A DNA stretch of 64,000 bases from an uncultured delta proteobacterium (GTDB lineage Bacteria > Desulfobacterota > BSN033 > UBA1163): NCBI GenBank assembly GCA_963827685.1, contig CAWHBU010000006.1, forward strand, positions 96,001-160,000. The letters are read 5' to 3'. How positions within the stretch are numbered: position 1 is the first letter of the stretch; the number at the start of each line of letters is the position of its first letter. The notes under the pieces were generated by a model. That model was given only the letters and a program-made list of their open reading frames with translations, was not told the origin of the DNA and searched no databases. The position numbers and the translations under genes are program-made. Positions 50,556-60,487 of this stretch are shown piece by piece.

Positions 50556-51200
50556 ATGAATATTGATATCCGATCAGCGAGGCCTGACGATGCGCCGTTC
50601 CTCGCATGGGTAATGCTTGCTGCATCACGATCGCATCTCAAATACGGGGTCTGGGAACATTATGTAGGAGGCACCGAGCAGGATTGTCTCTCCTTCCTGA
50701 GTCTCATTGCCACCACGCAAAAACCTCATTTGTTTCATTCCTCCACTTTTATTGTGGCAGAAACGAATGGGCAAAAGGTGGGTGCTTTAAGTGGCTATGA
50801 CCCAAAGGTCTTAGGTACGAAGGCCTTCGTACAGGCACTTCCAGAGGTTTTCCAAAAGTTAAATTGGACTACGGATGAACAAAAAGCTGCTGTCGAGCGT
50901 TATCGCCCGTGGATGACCTGTATCCCTGATGATGTTGAAGGGGCATGGGTTATTGAGAGTGTTGCAGCCCTCCCGGAGTACAGAAGGCAGGGTGTAGTGA
51001 GCAGGTTACTTGATGAAGTGCTTAATAGAGGCAGGAGAAATGGATTTAAACATGCACAGATAGGTGTCCTCATCAATAATACACCTGCCAGGCTTGCCTA
51101 TGAGAAAAGCGGATTTAAATTTGATAGTGAAAAAAGAAATCCAAGTTTCGAAGCAACTTTCGGCACCCCGGGTATAGCGAAACTTCTGCTTGATTTATAG
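50556..51200 (+). CDS. GNAT acetyltransferase
   Basis: IR.A...DA, VA.LPEYRRQGV...LL, N.PA...YEK.GF. Confidence 0.9.
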   Translation: MNIDIRSARPDDAPFLAWVMLAASRSHLKYGVWEHYVGGTEQDCLSFLSLIATTQKPHLFHSSTFIVAETNGQKVGALSGYDPKVLGTKAFVQALPEVFQKLNWTTDEQKAAVERYRPWMTCIPDDVEGAWVIESVAALPEYRRQGVVSRLLDEVLNRGRRNGFKHAQIGVLINNTPARLAYEKSGFKFDSEKRNPSFEATFGTPGIAKLLLDL

Positions 51201-51321
51201 TTATACTCTTTCGAAAATAGAGGAAGCGTCCGTTCAGCAGAAATTATATGGGAGCTCAACTCTGAAACTGAGAGTCAACAGTTCGGCAGTCTGCCCGGAG
51301 ATTAGCCCGGTGGCTCTGTGT

Positions 51322-51903
51322 ATGAAGAATATCAAGTTGACCACTTTCATTAGTATCTTCGCATTGGTTTTGCTCAATACCGCTTACGGGGCTGAAACAT
51401 CTCCAACCGATCGTCCCGCACACTGGGCCAAACCGATTCAGATGAAAGGCGTTCCCAACCTTCACAAAGTCTCCGATACGCTCTATCGAAGCGCACAACC
51501 TTCTGCAGAGGGCATGAGAAACCTCAAAGCCATGGGAATCGAGACCATTGTCAATCTGCGTTCATTCCATTCAGACCGCGACGAGATTGGTGAATCTGGA
51601 TTGGCATATGAGCACATTACCATGAAGGCATGGCATGCGGAGGAAAAGGAAGCCGTAAAATTTCTGCAGATCGTCACGAATCCGAAACGTAGTCCGGTTC
51701 TTGTCCACTGCCAGCATGGGGCGGATCGCACTGGAACCATGTGCGCGCTCTACCGTATCGCGGTGCAAGGTTGGAGCAAGGAGGAAGCCCTAAAGGAAAT
51801 GACGCAGGGAGGATTTGGGTTTCACGGAATATGGGAGAATCTCATCCAGTGGATCAACGGGCTGGATATCGATAGAATCAAAAAGAGAGCGGGAATCAGT
51901 TAA
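51322..51903 (+). CDS. Exported tyrosine/dual-specificity phosphatase
   Basis: Signal peptide, LYRSAQP, IVNLR, VHCQHGADRTG. Confidence 0.9.
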   Translation: MKNIKLTTFISIFALVLLNTAYGAETSPTDRPAHWAKPIQMKGVPNLHKVSDTLYRSAQPSAEGMRNLKAMGIETIVNLRSFHSDRDEIGESGLAYEHITMKAWHAEEKEAVKFLQIVTNPKRSPVLVHCQHGADRTGTMCALYRIAVQGWSKEEALKEMTQGGFGFHGIWENLIQWINGLDIDRIKKRAGIS

Positions 51904-51926
51904 GGCATAGAACCACAGGCTGATTT

Positions 51927-53984
51927 CTAACTTTCCAATATCTTCTTCAACTCTTCTTCATTTCTCACAGGCGGTAAGCAGGTAAATCCTTTGCAGACGA
52001 AAGCGGTTGGAACTTCCGGGATTCCTTTCTCCGTGAGAAATGGAAACCATTTCCCCTTGATCGGTTCTCGAGGATCCCTCAGGCTCAGGATTTTGTTGGG
52101 AAGGTAGACGAGGTAAATCTCTTTGAGCATGGATTTTGTCTTAAGATCATTCCTTGAACCGATGATCCCGATCTCCTGCGGACCCAAAAAGAAGGAGAGG
52201 CCGGATAGCATTTGAGCAAATCCAGAAGGATGTTGGTTAAGAAAGTTATTGAAGAGGTGAAGGATCTGTTCGGCCTTCTTTTTGAAAGATTCTTCTCCGG
52301 TGAGATAACCAAGCCTGATCAAATTAAATACCGCTATGGAATTCGCTGAAGGGATGGCATTGTCATAAGGGTTTTTTGATCGAGCAATCAAGGACTCGTT
52401 CTCCTTTCCTGTGAAGAAGAAACCTCCTTTGCTCTCATCCCAGAATTGGTGAATCATTCTCTGATTGAGGTCTTCTGCCTCTGTCAACCATTCCGTCTCA
52501 AAAGTAGCTTCATAAAGATCGATGAGGGCTTGGATAAAGAAGGCATAATCCTCCGAATAGCCTTTCACCTGGGACTTTCCCTTATTAAACACCCTCATCA
52601 AGCGGCCATCTTTCTTCATCTTACTGAGAATAAAGTGGGCGGCTTCTTTTGCCCCGTCAAGATATTGTTCCTTTTCAGTGACTTTAAACCCATCAACAAA
52701 ACCGGAGATCATCAAACCATTCCAGGAGGTCAGAATCTTCTCGTCCCGGCCGGGTTTCACTCTTTTTTCCCTTTCGACATAAAGTTTCTGCCGTCCCTCC
52801 ACCAACACTTTTTCCAAATCTGCGACGGGTATTCCATATAACTGAGAAACCTTTTCTAAAGTAGAGACAACGTTGAGAGTGCTTGCCCCTCCCTCAAAAT
52901 TTCCCTCAGTGGCCACTCCATAATAAGCACAAAAAGGGGTCCCTTTCTCTTTGCCCAAGACCTCTTTGATCTCGTCTCTCGTCCAGACATAAAACTTCCC
53001 TTCCTCACCTTCGCTATCCGCATCCTGGGTGGAGTAAAATCCTCCTTCCGGACCTTTCATTTCACGAAGGACATAATCAAGGATCTCTTCGCCCACACGA
53101 CGATACCTTTCTTTTCGAGTCGCCTGATGGGCTTCAAAATAAGTCCTGGAAATCAGGGCGTTGTCATAGAGCATCTTTTCAAAATGGGGAATAAGCCATC
53201 GTTCATCCACAGAATAACGATGGAACCCTCCTCCCAAATGGTCATAGATCCCACCATTGGCCATTTTCTCCAGTGTCTTTTCCACCATCTCCAATGCTTT
53301 CTTTGAACCCGTGCTCTTCCAGTTCCGAAGCAGAAAGGAGAGGGCCATGCTGCTAGGGAATTTCGGGGTATTCCCGAATCCTCCATAAATCGGATCAAAT
53401 TGACTCTCCAGAGCATTAAAAGCCTTTGACAGGACTTTATCGCTCACGGCTTCCTGGGAGGGAATAATTTCAGCGATCTGATGGAGGGCATTTTTCAGTT
53501 GTGCCTCCATCTTCTCCACTTCCCCTCGATGAGAACGGTAATAATCAGAGACGACCACCAGAACTTTTGAAAAACCTGGCATTCCCCCTCGATCCTCAGG
53601 AGGAAAATAGGTTCCCGCATGAAAGGGGATGAGGTCAGGAGTTAGAAAGACGGTCATTGGCCATCCCCCTGAACCCGTCATCACCTGAACAGCATTCATA
53701 TAAAGCTCGTCAAGATCCGGTCGTACTTCTCGATCGACCTTAATACTAATAAAGCGTATGTTCATGATTCCCGCAATCGCCTCATTTTCGAAAGATTCCT
53801 TTTCCATCACATGGCACCAATGGCAGGAGGAATAGCCGATGCTCAGGAGAATGGGTTTGTCTTCTTTCTTTGCTCGGCTCAGAGCCTCTTCTCCCCACGG
53901 ATACCAATCCACGGGATTATGGGCATGCTGCAAAAGATAAGGACTGGTCTCATGAATCAGCCGATTCGTATGTTTGTGCTCCAT
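51927..53984 (-). CDS. YyaL-like thioredoxin-domain protein
   Basis: [52 protein letters not shown]. Confidence 0.93.
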   Translation of the reverse strand: MEHKHTNRLIHETSPYLLQHAHNPVDWYPWGEEALSRAKKEDKPILLSIGYSSCHWCHVMEKESFENEAIAGIMNIRFISIKVDREVRPDLDELYMNAVQVMTGSGGWPMTVFLTPDLIPFHAGTYFPPEDRGGMPGFSKVLVVVSDYYRSHRGEVEKMEAQLKNALHQIAEIIPSQEAVSDKVLSKAFNALESQFDPIYGGFGNTPKFPSSMALSFLLRNWKSTGSKKALEMVEKTLEKMANGGIYDHLGGGFHRYSVDERWLIPHFEKMLYDNALISRTYFEAHQATRKERYRRVGEEILDYVLREMKGPEGGFYSTQDADSEGEEGKFYVWTRDEIKEVLGKEKGTPFCAYYGVATEGNFEGGASTLNVVSTLEKVSQLYGIPVADLEKVLVEGRQKLYVEREKRVKPGRDEKILTSWNGLMISGFVDGFKVTEKEQYLDGAKEAAHFILSKMKKDGRLMRVFNKGKSQVKGYSEDYAFFIQALIDLYEATFETEWLTEAEDLNQRMIHQFWDESKGGFFFTGKENESLIARSKNPYDNAIPSANSIAVFNLIRLGYLTGEESFKKKAEQILHLFNNFLNQHPSGFAQMLSGLSFFLGPQEIGIIGSRNDLKTKSMLKEIYLVYLPNKILSLRDPREPIKGKWFPFLTEKGIPEVPTAFVCKGFTCLPPVRNEEELKKILES

Positions 53985-54139
53985 TTTTAGCTCCCTAGGG
54001 GTATTTATAACCATTGGAGTGGAGGATGACAAGAAAAATCGACTTGACTTTTACGGAAGAATCAGTGGTATTATTGCCCAAAACAAAGGGCCCGAAAATG
54101 GAAAAGAACCTCAAATGATCCATTTAGGTTTGTGGTCTG

Positions 54140-54475
54140 ATGAAAAGAGAGCTTACATTTGAATTAGGTTTGTATGCTTTATGTATCGTATTGGTAGGAT
54201 GGCTTTGGCATAAACCAGTTACATTAACAATTTGTTATGCTGCAATCAGCATTGTCGTGCTTATTAGATGGCACACGAAAAGCGATCTCTTCTTCTATTT
54301 TGTAACCTTTGTTCTTGGCCCAATGGGAGAATCGGCGGCAATTTACCTTGGAGCCTGGAAGTATTCTAAACCCCTTTACTTGATTCCATTATGGTTACCC
54401 TTCTTATAGGGTATTTCCGCCCTGTTCATGAAAAATATTTCTGAAACACTATTAACCAGTAAAAAGAAACCATAA
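54140..54475 (+). pseudogene. Small membrane protein with in-frame TAG at 54407
   Basis: G.W.Y.....IPLWLPFL*GISALF; TAG is one change from Trp TGG and the frame continues to 54475. Confidence 0.6.
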
Positions 54476-54684
54476 CCCGTCGCTATGAGTGTGAGATCCA
54501 TTACTCAGCTTGGTTGATCGCTGATAATGGCCAAGGGTTATTTCCCACTGGCCGGGTAAATGTCCAGTACTCCTCAAATTTAACAGATTCTGTTTTGCTG
54601 CCTGATAGAATCTGTTCCATGAACTGTATCATCCAAAAGGCTGGCATAGAACCTCAGAATGTGCTGACTTGTGTTCTAATATCT

Positions 54685-55215
54685 TTAATTTCTTTTATAT
54701 ACTCCCGTCAGTTGAGATCGAGAAATGATGTGACCCTCCATGGCTTTTTCCAGATCTTTTTTAGTTAAATTGGGATTCAGATTGAGAAGCGTGTCCAGAG
54801 CATAGATTTTAAAAACATACTTGTGGGCCCGCCTGGGCGGGCAAGGTCCTCCATAATTGCGTTTCTTAAAATCATTCATCCCCTGGACCGCCCCTTCTGG
54901 GATAGAATTTTCCTTAATCTCTCTTACATTTTGATCAATGTTCACCAAAATCCAATGGACATAGGTCCCTCTGGGTGCATCGATATCATCAAAGACCAGA
55001 GCTAATGATTTTGTATTCGATGGAACATTTTCAATCCTAAGGGGCGGATTTACATTTGCCCCGTCGCAAGTGTACTTCTTCGGAATTTCTCCACCACTTT
55101 CAAAGGCAGGACTGGATATCTTCAATCTCTCTGTCTTTGTTCCACTTTGGCCTATTGCATAGGAAAAAAGAAATACCTGTAAAAAAACCCCAAAATAGAT
55201 TAGTAGGCGCTTCAT
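54685..55215 (-). CDS. YbhB/YbcL (PEBP) family protein
   Basis: S.AF..G..IP.KYTCDG, DD.DAP, HW, YGGPCPP, H.Y.F..YALD. Confidence 0.92.
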   Translation of the reverse strand: MKRLLIYFGVFLQVFLFSYAIGQSGTKTERLKISSPAFESGGEIPKKYTCDGANVNPPLRIENVPSNTKSLALVFDDIDAPRGTYVHWILVNIDQNVREIKENSIPEGAVQGMNDFKKRNYGGPCPPRRAHKYVFKIYALDTLLNLNPNLTKKDLEKAMEGHIISRSQLTGVYKRN

Positions 55216-55353
55216 GCTCCCTCCAAAAAAATAAAATGGGTCCAAAATCATAACACATGTTTCTGAGCCCATTAAATTTAAAAATTATGTTCCGACCTTT
55301 TTACGGAGACCCCTCGCCCATGTTTCCCTTCAAACCTTTGGACCTATCATCTG

Positions 55354-57156
55354 TCAAACAAACTTTGGCCTCTTGTTCGATTCGAGGACCTTTTTTCTGA
55401 TGCGCACAGAATATGGGGTCACCTCAACCAGCTCGTCTTCTTTGATAAACTCGATGGCCTGCTCCAGGCTGAGGAGCTTAGGTGGAATCAGTTGCAGGGC
55501 TTCGTCCGACCCCGCTGCCCTGATATTGGTGAGTTTCTTCTCCTTTGTTACATTGACATTCAGATCGTTCTCTCTTGAATTCTCGCCGATTACCATCCCT
55601 TCGTAAACAGGCGTGTTCTCCTTTACGAAGAGCGTCCCTCGGGGCTGGAGATGATAAAGTGCGTACGTGGTTGTTTTCCCCGGACGATCTGCAATCAGAG
55701 TACCGGTAGAACGTTTGGTGATAGGGCCATGCCACGGTTCATAACCGTCAAAGATGTGGTTGAAGAGCCCTGTTCCTCTGGTATCGGTCAGAAACTGTGA
55801 GCGAAAACCGATCAGCCCTCTGGATGGAATCCTGAATTCGAGGCGAACCCTGCCGTGGCCATTGTTGCTCATCTTTTGCATCCTGCCTTTGCGGATCCCT
55901 ATCTGCTGCGTCACGACCCCTATGAATTCTTCTGGGACATCGATGACAAGATGCTCCATCGGCTCATGAAGAATGCCGTTCACTTTTTTTGTAATGCTCT
56001 CCGGCATTGATACAGAGAGCTCATAGCCTTCCCTCCTGATCATCTCAATGAGGATCGCAAGCTGCAGTTCTCCCCTTCCCATCACCTTGAAAGAATCTGT
56101 GGAATCAAAGTCAACCTTGATCGACACATTATACAAGAGCTCCTTTTCAAGCCGCTCCCTCAGGTTTCTCGATGTGACATACCTTCCTTCCTGGCCGGAG
56201 AAAGGGGATGTATTCACGGAGAAAACCATGGAGATGGTGGGCTCATCCACCGCAATTCTCGGAAGAGGCTCCATATTTTCAATATCGGAGATAGTGTCGC
56301 CAATATTAATCCCTTCAATCCCGGCCAGGGCAACAATATCCCCTGCCCGGGCTTCTTTGATTTCAACTCTTTCGAGCCCCTGAAATCCATAGAGAGATGT
56401 AACCTTCGTCTTCATCGGCTCCTCTTTGCCGTTTACCATCGATACCCAATCCCCCACTTTGACCAAACCGGAGAAAATCCTCCCTATGGCAAGCCTGCCC
56501 ACGTAATCGTTATAGTCGATGTTGGTGACCAGAAGCTTCAGTGGTCCTTCTTCATCCCCTTCAGGTGGTGGAACGGCGCGAAGGATGAGCTCAAACAGGC
56601 ACTGAAAGTCTTTCGCATTCTCATCAGGATGGCGTTTCGCAATCCCGAGCTTTGCGTTGGTGTAGACAATTGGAAACTCAAGCTGTTTCTCTGTGGCATC
56701 GAGGTCAATAAATAGATCGTAGACCTCATTCAACACCTCTTGGATCCTCGCATCAGCCCGGTCTATCTTGTTAATCACAAGGATAGGAGGAAGATTGAAC
56801 TCGAGGGCCTTTTTCAAAACGAATCTTGTCTGGGGCAAAGGGCCCTCTGAGGCATCGACGAGGAGCAGCACGCCATCAACCATCTTGAGCGTCCTTTCCA
56901 CCTCCCCGCCGAAATCGGCATGGCCTGGCGTATCGACAATATTGATCTTGACTCCCTTATATTCAATGGCCGTATTTTTTGCTATGATGGTAATGCCGCG
57001 CTCCCGTTCTAAGTCAATATTATCCATGACCCTATCCTCAACCTTCTCGTTCAAACGGAAAATGCCTGACTGCCTGAGCAAGCCATCGACAATGGTTGTC
57101 TTTCCATGATCAACATGGGCAATCAGAGCGATATTTCGCAAATCTTGGCGTTTCAT
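55354..57156 (-). CDS. typA: Translational GTPase TypA/BipA
   Basis: [46 protein letters not shown]. Confidence 0.97.
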   Translation of the reverse strand: MKRQDLRNIALIAHVDHGKTTIVDGLLRQSGIFRLNEKVEDRVMDNIDLERERGITIIAKNTAIEYKGVKINIVDTPGHADFGGEVERTLKMVDGVLLLVDASEGPLPQTRFVLKKALEFNLPPILVINKIDRADARIQEVLNEVYDLFIDLDATEKQLEFPIVYTNAKLGIAKRHPDENAKDFQCLFELILRAVPPPEGDEEGPLKLLVTNIDYNDYVGRLAIGRIFSGLVKVGDWVSMVNGKEEPMKTKVTSLYGFQGLERVEIKEARAGDIVALAGIEGINIGDTISDIENMEPLPRIAVDEPTISMVFSVNTSPFSGQEGRYVTSRNLRERLEKELLYNVSIKVDFDSTDSFKVMGRGELQLAILIEMIRREGYELSVSMPESITKKVNGILHEPMEHLVIDVPEEFIGVVTQQIGIRKGRMQKMSNNGHGRVRLEFRIPSRGLIGFRSQFLTDTRGTGLFNHIFDGYEPWHGPITKRSTGTLIADRPGKTTTYALYHLQPRGTLFVKENTPVYEGMVIGENSRENDLNVNVTKEKKLTNIRAAGSDEALQLIPPKLLSLEQAIEFIKEDELVEVTPYSVRIRKKVLESNKRPKFV

Positions 57157-57228
57157 AAATCAACCTTGGTGTTGCATTGAATCGGCAATGGGGTGTGCTT
57201 CCAACCCTTTACCAAGCGGGTTTGTTGA

Positions 57229-57318
57229 GGATTCATGGATTCAAGGGGTCAAGGATCCCGAGCAACCCCTTTTTCTTTATAATGCTTGAACCCTCGAATC
57301 CTCGGCCCCTGGAACCCT
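57229..57318. repeat. Inverted octamer repeat clusters (GGATTCAA/TTGAACCC)
   Basis: About four units on each arm, overlapping the 3' end of the helicase gene. Confidence 0.7.
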
Positions 57319-58457
57319 TTCCGTCGGATGTTCTGGAGGTCGGGGATGTTGCCGTGCCATACGGGATCAATACGATTTATCTTAAACAGAGATTTCAAGT
57401 CTCCCAATTCCTGATTTGTCACAAAAGTCATGGCAATGCCTGACCGCCCCATTCTCCCGGTCCTCCCTGTCCTGTGCGTGTAGGATTCCAGGCGATAGGG
57501 ATAGTCATAATTAATCACATGGCTTACATAGCTGAAGTCGAGTCCGCGACCCGCAATGTCAGTGGCAACCATGAAGGTAATTTCATTTCGGCGAAAACGC
57601 TCGAAGATCGATGTCCGCCTCGACTGCTCCAAACCTCCGTGGATATAGCCTATCGATTTAAATCTCCCTTCCAACTCCTTTTTCAGTTTCTCGCCGTGAT
57701 GTCGTGAATTGCAGAAGATGATGGCCTGGGAGATCTCCTCCCTTTTCAGGTATTCAATCAAGGCATTGAGCCGATCACGTCGCCCCGTATACTGAAAATG
57801 GTGAACAAGACTCTGCGGAGCCACCCGCTCCTTATTCAATTCCACTCTGACAGGTTCCTTCAGGTAGGTCCTGATCAATCGATCGATCTCTTCGGGCATC
57901 GTTGCTGCAAAAAACAAGGTCTGGTGCTCGTGGATCAGACAGGACAGGATCAAGTCTATATCTTCAATAAAACCCATCTTCAGCATCTCGTCCGCTTCAT
58001 CCAAAACCAGTGTGCGAACACAAGAGAGGTCAATGGCTTTAGTATGATATAGCAAATCGATCAATCGTCCGGGTGTTGCGACGAGGATATGAACCTTATC
58101 CCTTAATTTGGCCTTCTGAATCTCCATTGAGAATCCCCCAAAGACGGCAAACGGAACGCCATCTGTAAATCTTGCAATCTTATCGATCTCCTCCACATAT
58201 TGAAATGCCAGTTCACGGGTAGGAACCAGGATGAGGACCTGGATGGCGTTGGCCGAAGAATCGATCATCTGGACCAGTGGAATAGCGCAGGCCGCAGTTT
58301 TACCCGAGCCGGTCTCCGCCCGGGCCAAAAGATCTCTACCGTTCAGGATAGGAGAGAAAGTCTCTTCCTGGATGGGTGTCAAATCCTGGTAACCCATGTC
58401 CGTCAGGGCCTTCAGAATCTCCGGCTTTAAATCTAACTCTGAAAACTTCATCATCAA
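57249..58457 (-). CDS. DEAD-box RNA helicase
   Basis: TPIQ, AETGSGKT, PTRELA, TPGR, DEAD, ATM, GRGLD, HRTGRTGR. Confidence 0.95.
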   Translation of the reverse strand: MMMKFSELDLKPEILKALTDMGYQDLTPIQEETFSPILNGRDLLARAETGSGKTAACAIPLVQMIDSSANAIQVLILVPTRELAFQYVEEIDKIARFTDGVPFAVFGGFSMEIQKAKLRDKVHILVATPGRLIDLLYHTKAIDLSCVRTLVLDEADEMLKMGFIEDIDLILSCLIHEHQTLFFAATMPEEIDRLIRTYLKEPVRVELNKERVAPQSLVHHFQYTGRRDRLNALIEYLKREEISQAIIFCNSRHHGEKLKKELEGRFKSIGYIHGGLEQSRRTSIFERFRRNEITFMVATDIAGRGLDFSYVSHVINYDYPYRLESYTHRTGRTGRMGRSGIAMTFVTNQELGDLKSLFKINRIDPVWHGNIPDLQNIRRKGFQGPRIRGFKHYKEKGVARDP

Positions 58458-58606
58458 ATCCTTAAATAACTCAGTCCATATTGATCAGAGCTATCCCTTT
58501 CTTTTTTTTTCCGCCAAACCAATGATTTCCACGATTTCACACGACTTGCGGGCAAGCAATGATTAAATCATGCAGAAATAGGTTGGAAGACTCCGTAAGG
58601 GTTGAC

Positions 58607-58645
58607 AAAAAACCCATAAAGAAGTTGTCTAGAGTTCTTTATGGG
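58607..58645 (-). terminator. Terminator-like hairpin in helicase leader
   Basis: CCCATAAAGAA/TTCTTTATGGG stem followed by six Us on the minus strand. Confidence 0.6.
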
Positions 58646-58796
58646 GACTGGTTTTCGTCTTACTGCCAAAAAAGCTCTATGCAACAAATACTTTATAGCT
58701 TATTTTTTATGTAAATGCAAGAAAAATAAATGACCCTGGGTAATGCCTCAGTCATCCGTGTTGGTGATTCGGCAGGGGTGCTGAGAAAGCTTTATA

Positions 58797-58830
58797 CCTG
58801 CCTGCGCGTAGCCGCTTCGGCGAAGGCAGG
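58797..58830. repeat. REP-like palindrome
   Basis: CCTGCCT-GCGCGTAGCCGCTTCGGCGA-AGGCAGG; shorter relative CCTGCCTGCGGTAAGCAGG near 44053. Confidence 0.6.
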
Positions 58831-59066
58831 GCGGAAACTTCTTAACGCAATCTGCCTGGGATGGAAGTTCCTGAAGGGCCCCCTTTTTTTGGATGGCGAT
58901 GATGGCCCATAAAATCTTAACGATCCGCTTGATAAAACTTTGGAAGCATCCCTGCCGAATCATTGGGGTCGGGGATCAACCTCTCGCACCCTAACTGAGC
59001 CATTACGACCCATGCAAAGGTAACCCGCAATTTCTTTCAGTTTATTCCCCATCTCACTTTGTCTCA

Positions 59067-59246
59067 TCAGGAATCACACTCTCTCCTTCTTTCTCTATTC
59101 TGCCTGCCAATCTTCGTCTGACGATTCTCCAAAATCACCTGATCAATAATCTCTCCGCACAGGATGCATCTCCATCCCAAAAAACGCTCATCAGAACCAT
59201 AGAATCTTTCATAGACCATCACACTACCACAACGATGACACTTCAT
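59067..59246 (-). CDS. Small zinc-ribbon protein
   Basis: MKCHRCG..M..E.F......GWRC..CGEIID..IL.NR. Confidence 0.75.
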   Translation of the reverse strand: MKCHRCGSVMVYERFYGSDERFLGWRCILCGEIIDQVILENRQTKIGRQNRERRRECDS

Positions 59247-59518
59247 ACGGCACCCCTGAAATTGAATATCTCCTTTCAATAAAAAACTGATTTGTAAGAT
59301 TTAACAACTTATTTGTCAAATTTTAATTTTCTTCTAATGTTTTTATGATTTTTTTTCATAAAAATCCCAGTACATCAAACCATATCATCCCCCATTTGAT
59401 GTACTGGCGGGGATCAGTGATTGCCCTCCTCTGACTGACACTTCTTTGTTAGGAAACAATTGGAAAATAGCTTACAGGGTTCGGAGGAAAAGAGTCAGTG
59501 TTTGGCAGCCGCAGCCAA

Positions 59519-59588
59519 GGCCATGAACGGATTTGAATCGCTAACCGCTGATTACGAATCCATGGCTCTACTGCTGGGTTACGTGGGC
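59519..59588 (-). pseudogene. Degenerate tRNA-Thr(CGT)-like sequence
   Basis: GCCCACGTAACCCAGCAGTAGAGC...GATTCGTAATC...GATTCAAATCCG; stems contain mismatches. Confidence 0.65.
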
Positions 59589-59632
59589 GTGCCTAAAATT
59601 CTGAGTTGCCATTCTCTGGGTGTTTGCACTTG

Positions 59633-59833
59633 TCAAACAGCATAATTTAATTCTTGTTTTTTCCGATTCTCTACCTTGTCGTAAAGCATTTCCAGACATT
59701 CCTTGTTTCCAAGCCACACTTTATTGGGTATGTTTTCGGCCTCCAATAGAATGGTCTGCATTTTAATCCTCTTCACCTTATACAATTCCCCAGTCGATTT
59801 GCTCTTTAATATGTCTCCCATCACCGTTTTCAT
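59633..59833 (-). CDS. Small hypothetical protein under riboswitch control
   Basis: 66 aa, GAGGAGG RBS, first ORF after the riboswitch terminator. Confidence 0.75.
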   Translation of the reverse strand: MKTVMGDILKSKSTGELYKVKRIKMQTILLEAENIPNKVWLGNKECLEMLYDKVENRKKQELNYAV

Positions 59834-59900
59834 TGATTAATGCCTCCTCAAATTTCTTGTCTCATTTGTTTCTCTCCATCCATACTCTGACACTATAAAT

Positions 59901-59943
59901 AAAAAACCGGATTACCTACTTGAATAAAGCCACGGTAATCCGG
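59901..59943 (-). terminator. Riboswitch terminator
   Basis: CCGGATTACC...GGTAATCCGG followed by six Us. Confidence 0.85.
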
Positions 59944-59958
59944 TCCTGTCCATTTATC

Positions 59959-60037
59959 CTTCGGCAACCCGGCTATCCCCTTGGGACCCGCGGCTTTCCG
60001 TCCCACGATTACTCGTGGTTTGGCTTTATCGGTAATC
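59959..60037 (-). ncRNA. c-di-GMP-I (GEMM-I) riboswitch
   Basis: CCGATAAAGCCAAACC-ACGA-GTAA-TCGT-GGGACGGAAAGCCGCGGGTC...GATAGCCGGGTTGCCGAA. Confidence 0.92.
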
Positions 60038-60069
60038 TCTCTTTAAGAAAACTTTATGATTTATATATC

Positions 60070-60086
60070 AGCAATTTCAATGCCAA
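60070..60086 (-). promoter_or_regulatory. sigma54 promoter
   Basis: TTGGCAT-TGAAA-TTGCT with exact -24/-12 spacing, upstream of the riboswitch. Confidence 0.75.
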
Positions 60087-60487
60087 TAGACCTCTGCCTC
60101 CATAACCCATTGATTATTAAAAGAATTATTAACAAATTAAATTCTAAAGAAAGTAAAAGAAGCGACACTTCTTGTTAGAGGAGGACAAAAATTTGGTAGT
60201 TACCATCTATGAGCAGAATGATAATCAAGGGTAAAATCGAGAAGGCGGTCAAAAGCGATAAAGTTCATCAAATACATTTGACCAAATCAAATTGTTTTGG
60301 TTAACAAATTCGACATCTCTTGCTGAGAAGGGAAAAATCCTACGATTTTTCTGACTCCTAATAAATCTGTCATAAAGATTCCTAAAAATCATTTGTATTT
60401 CATATGTAAGGCCCCCATTGATTCAATACATGCGTACTATGGAAAGACAGAACCGTCCTCAAACCCTCCAACATTAGCGATCGCGAG

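Noticed and set aside
54470-54490. attC start (CATAACCCGTCGCT) after the small membrane gene
   Set aside because: No matching L' or R' half visible; at most a remnant
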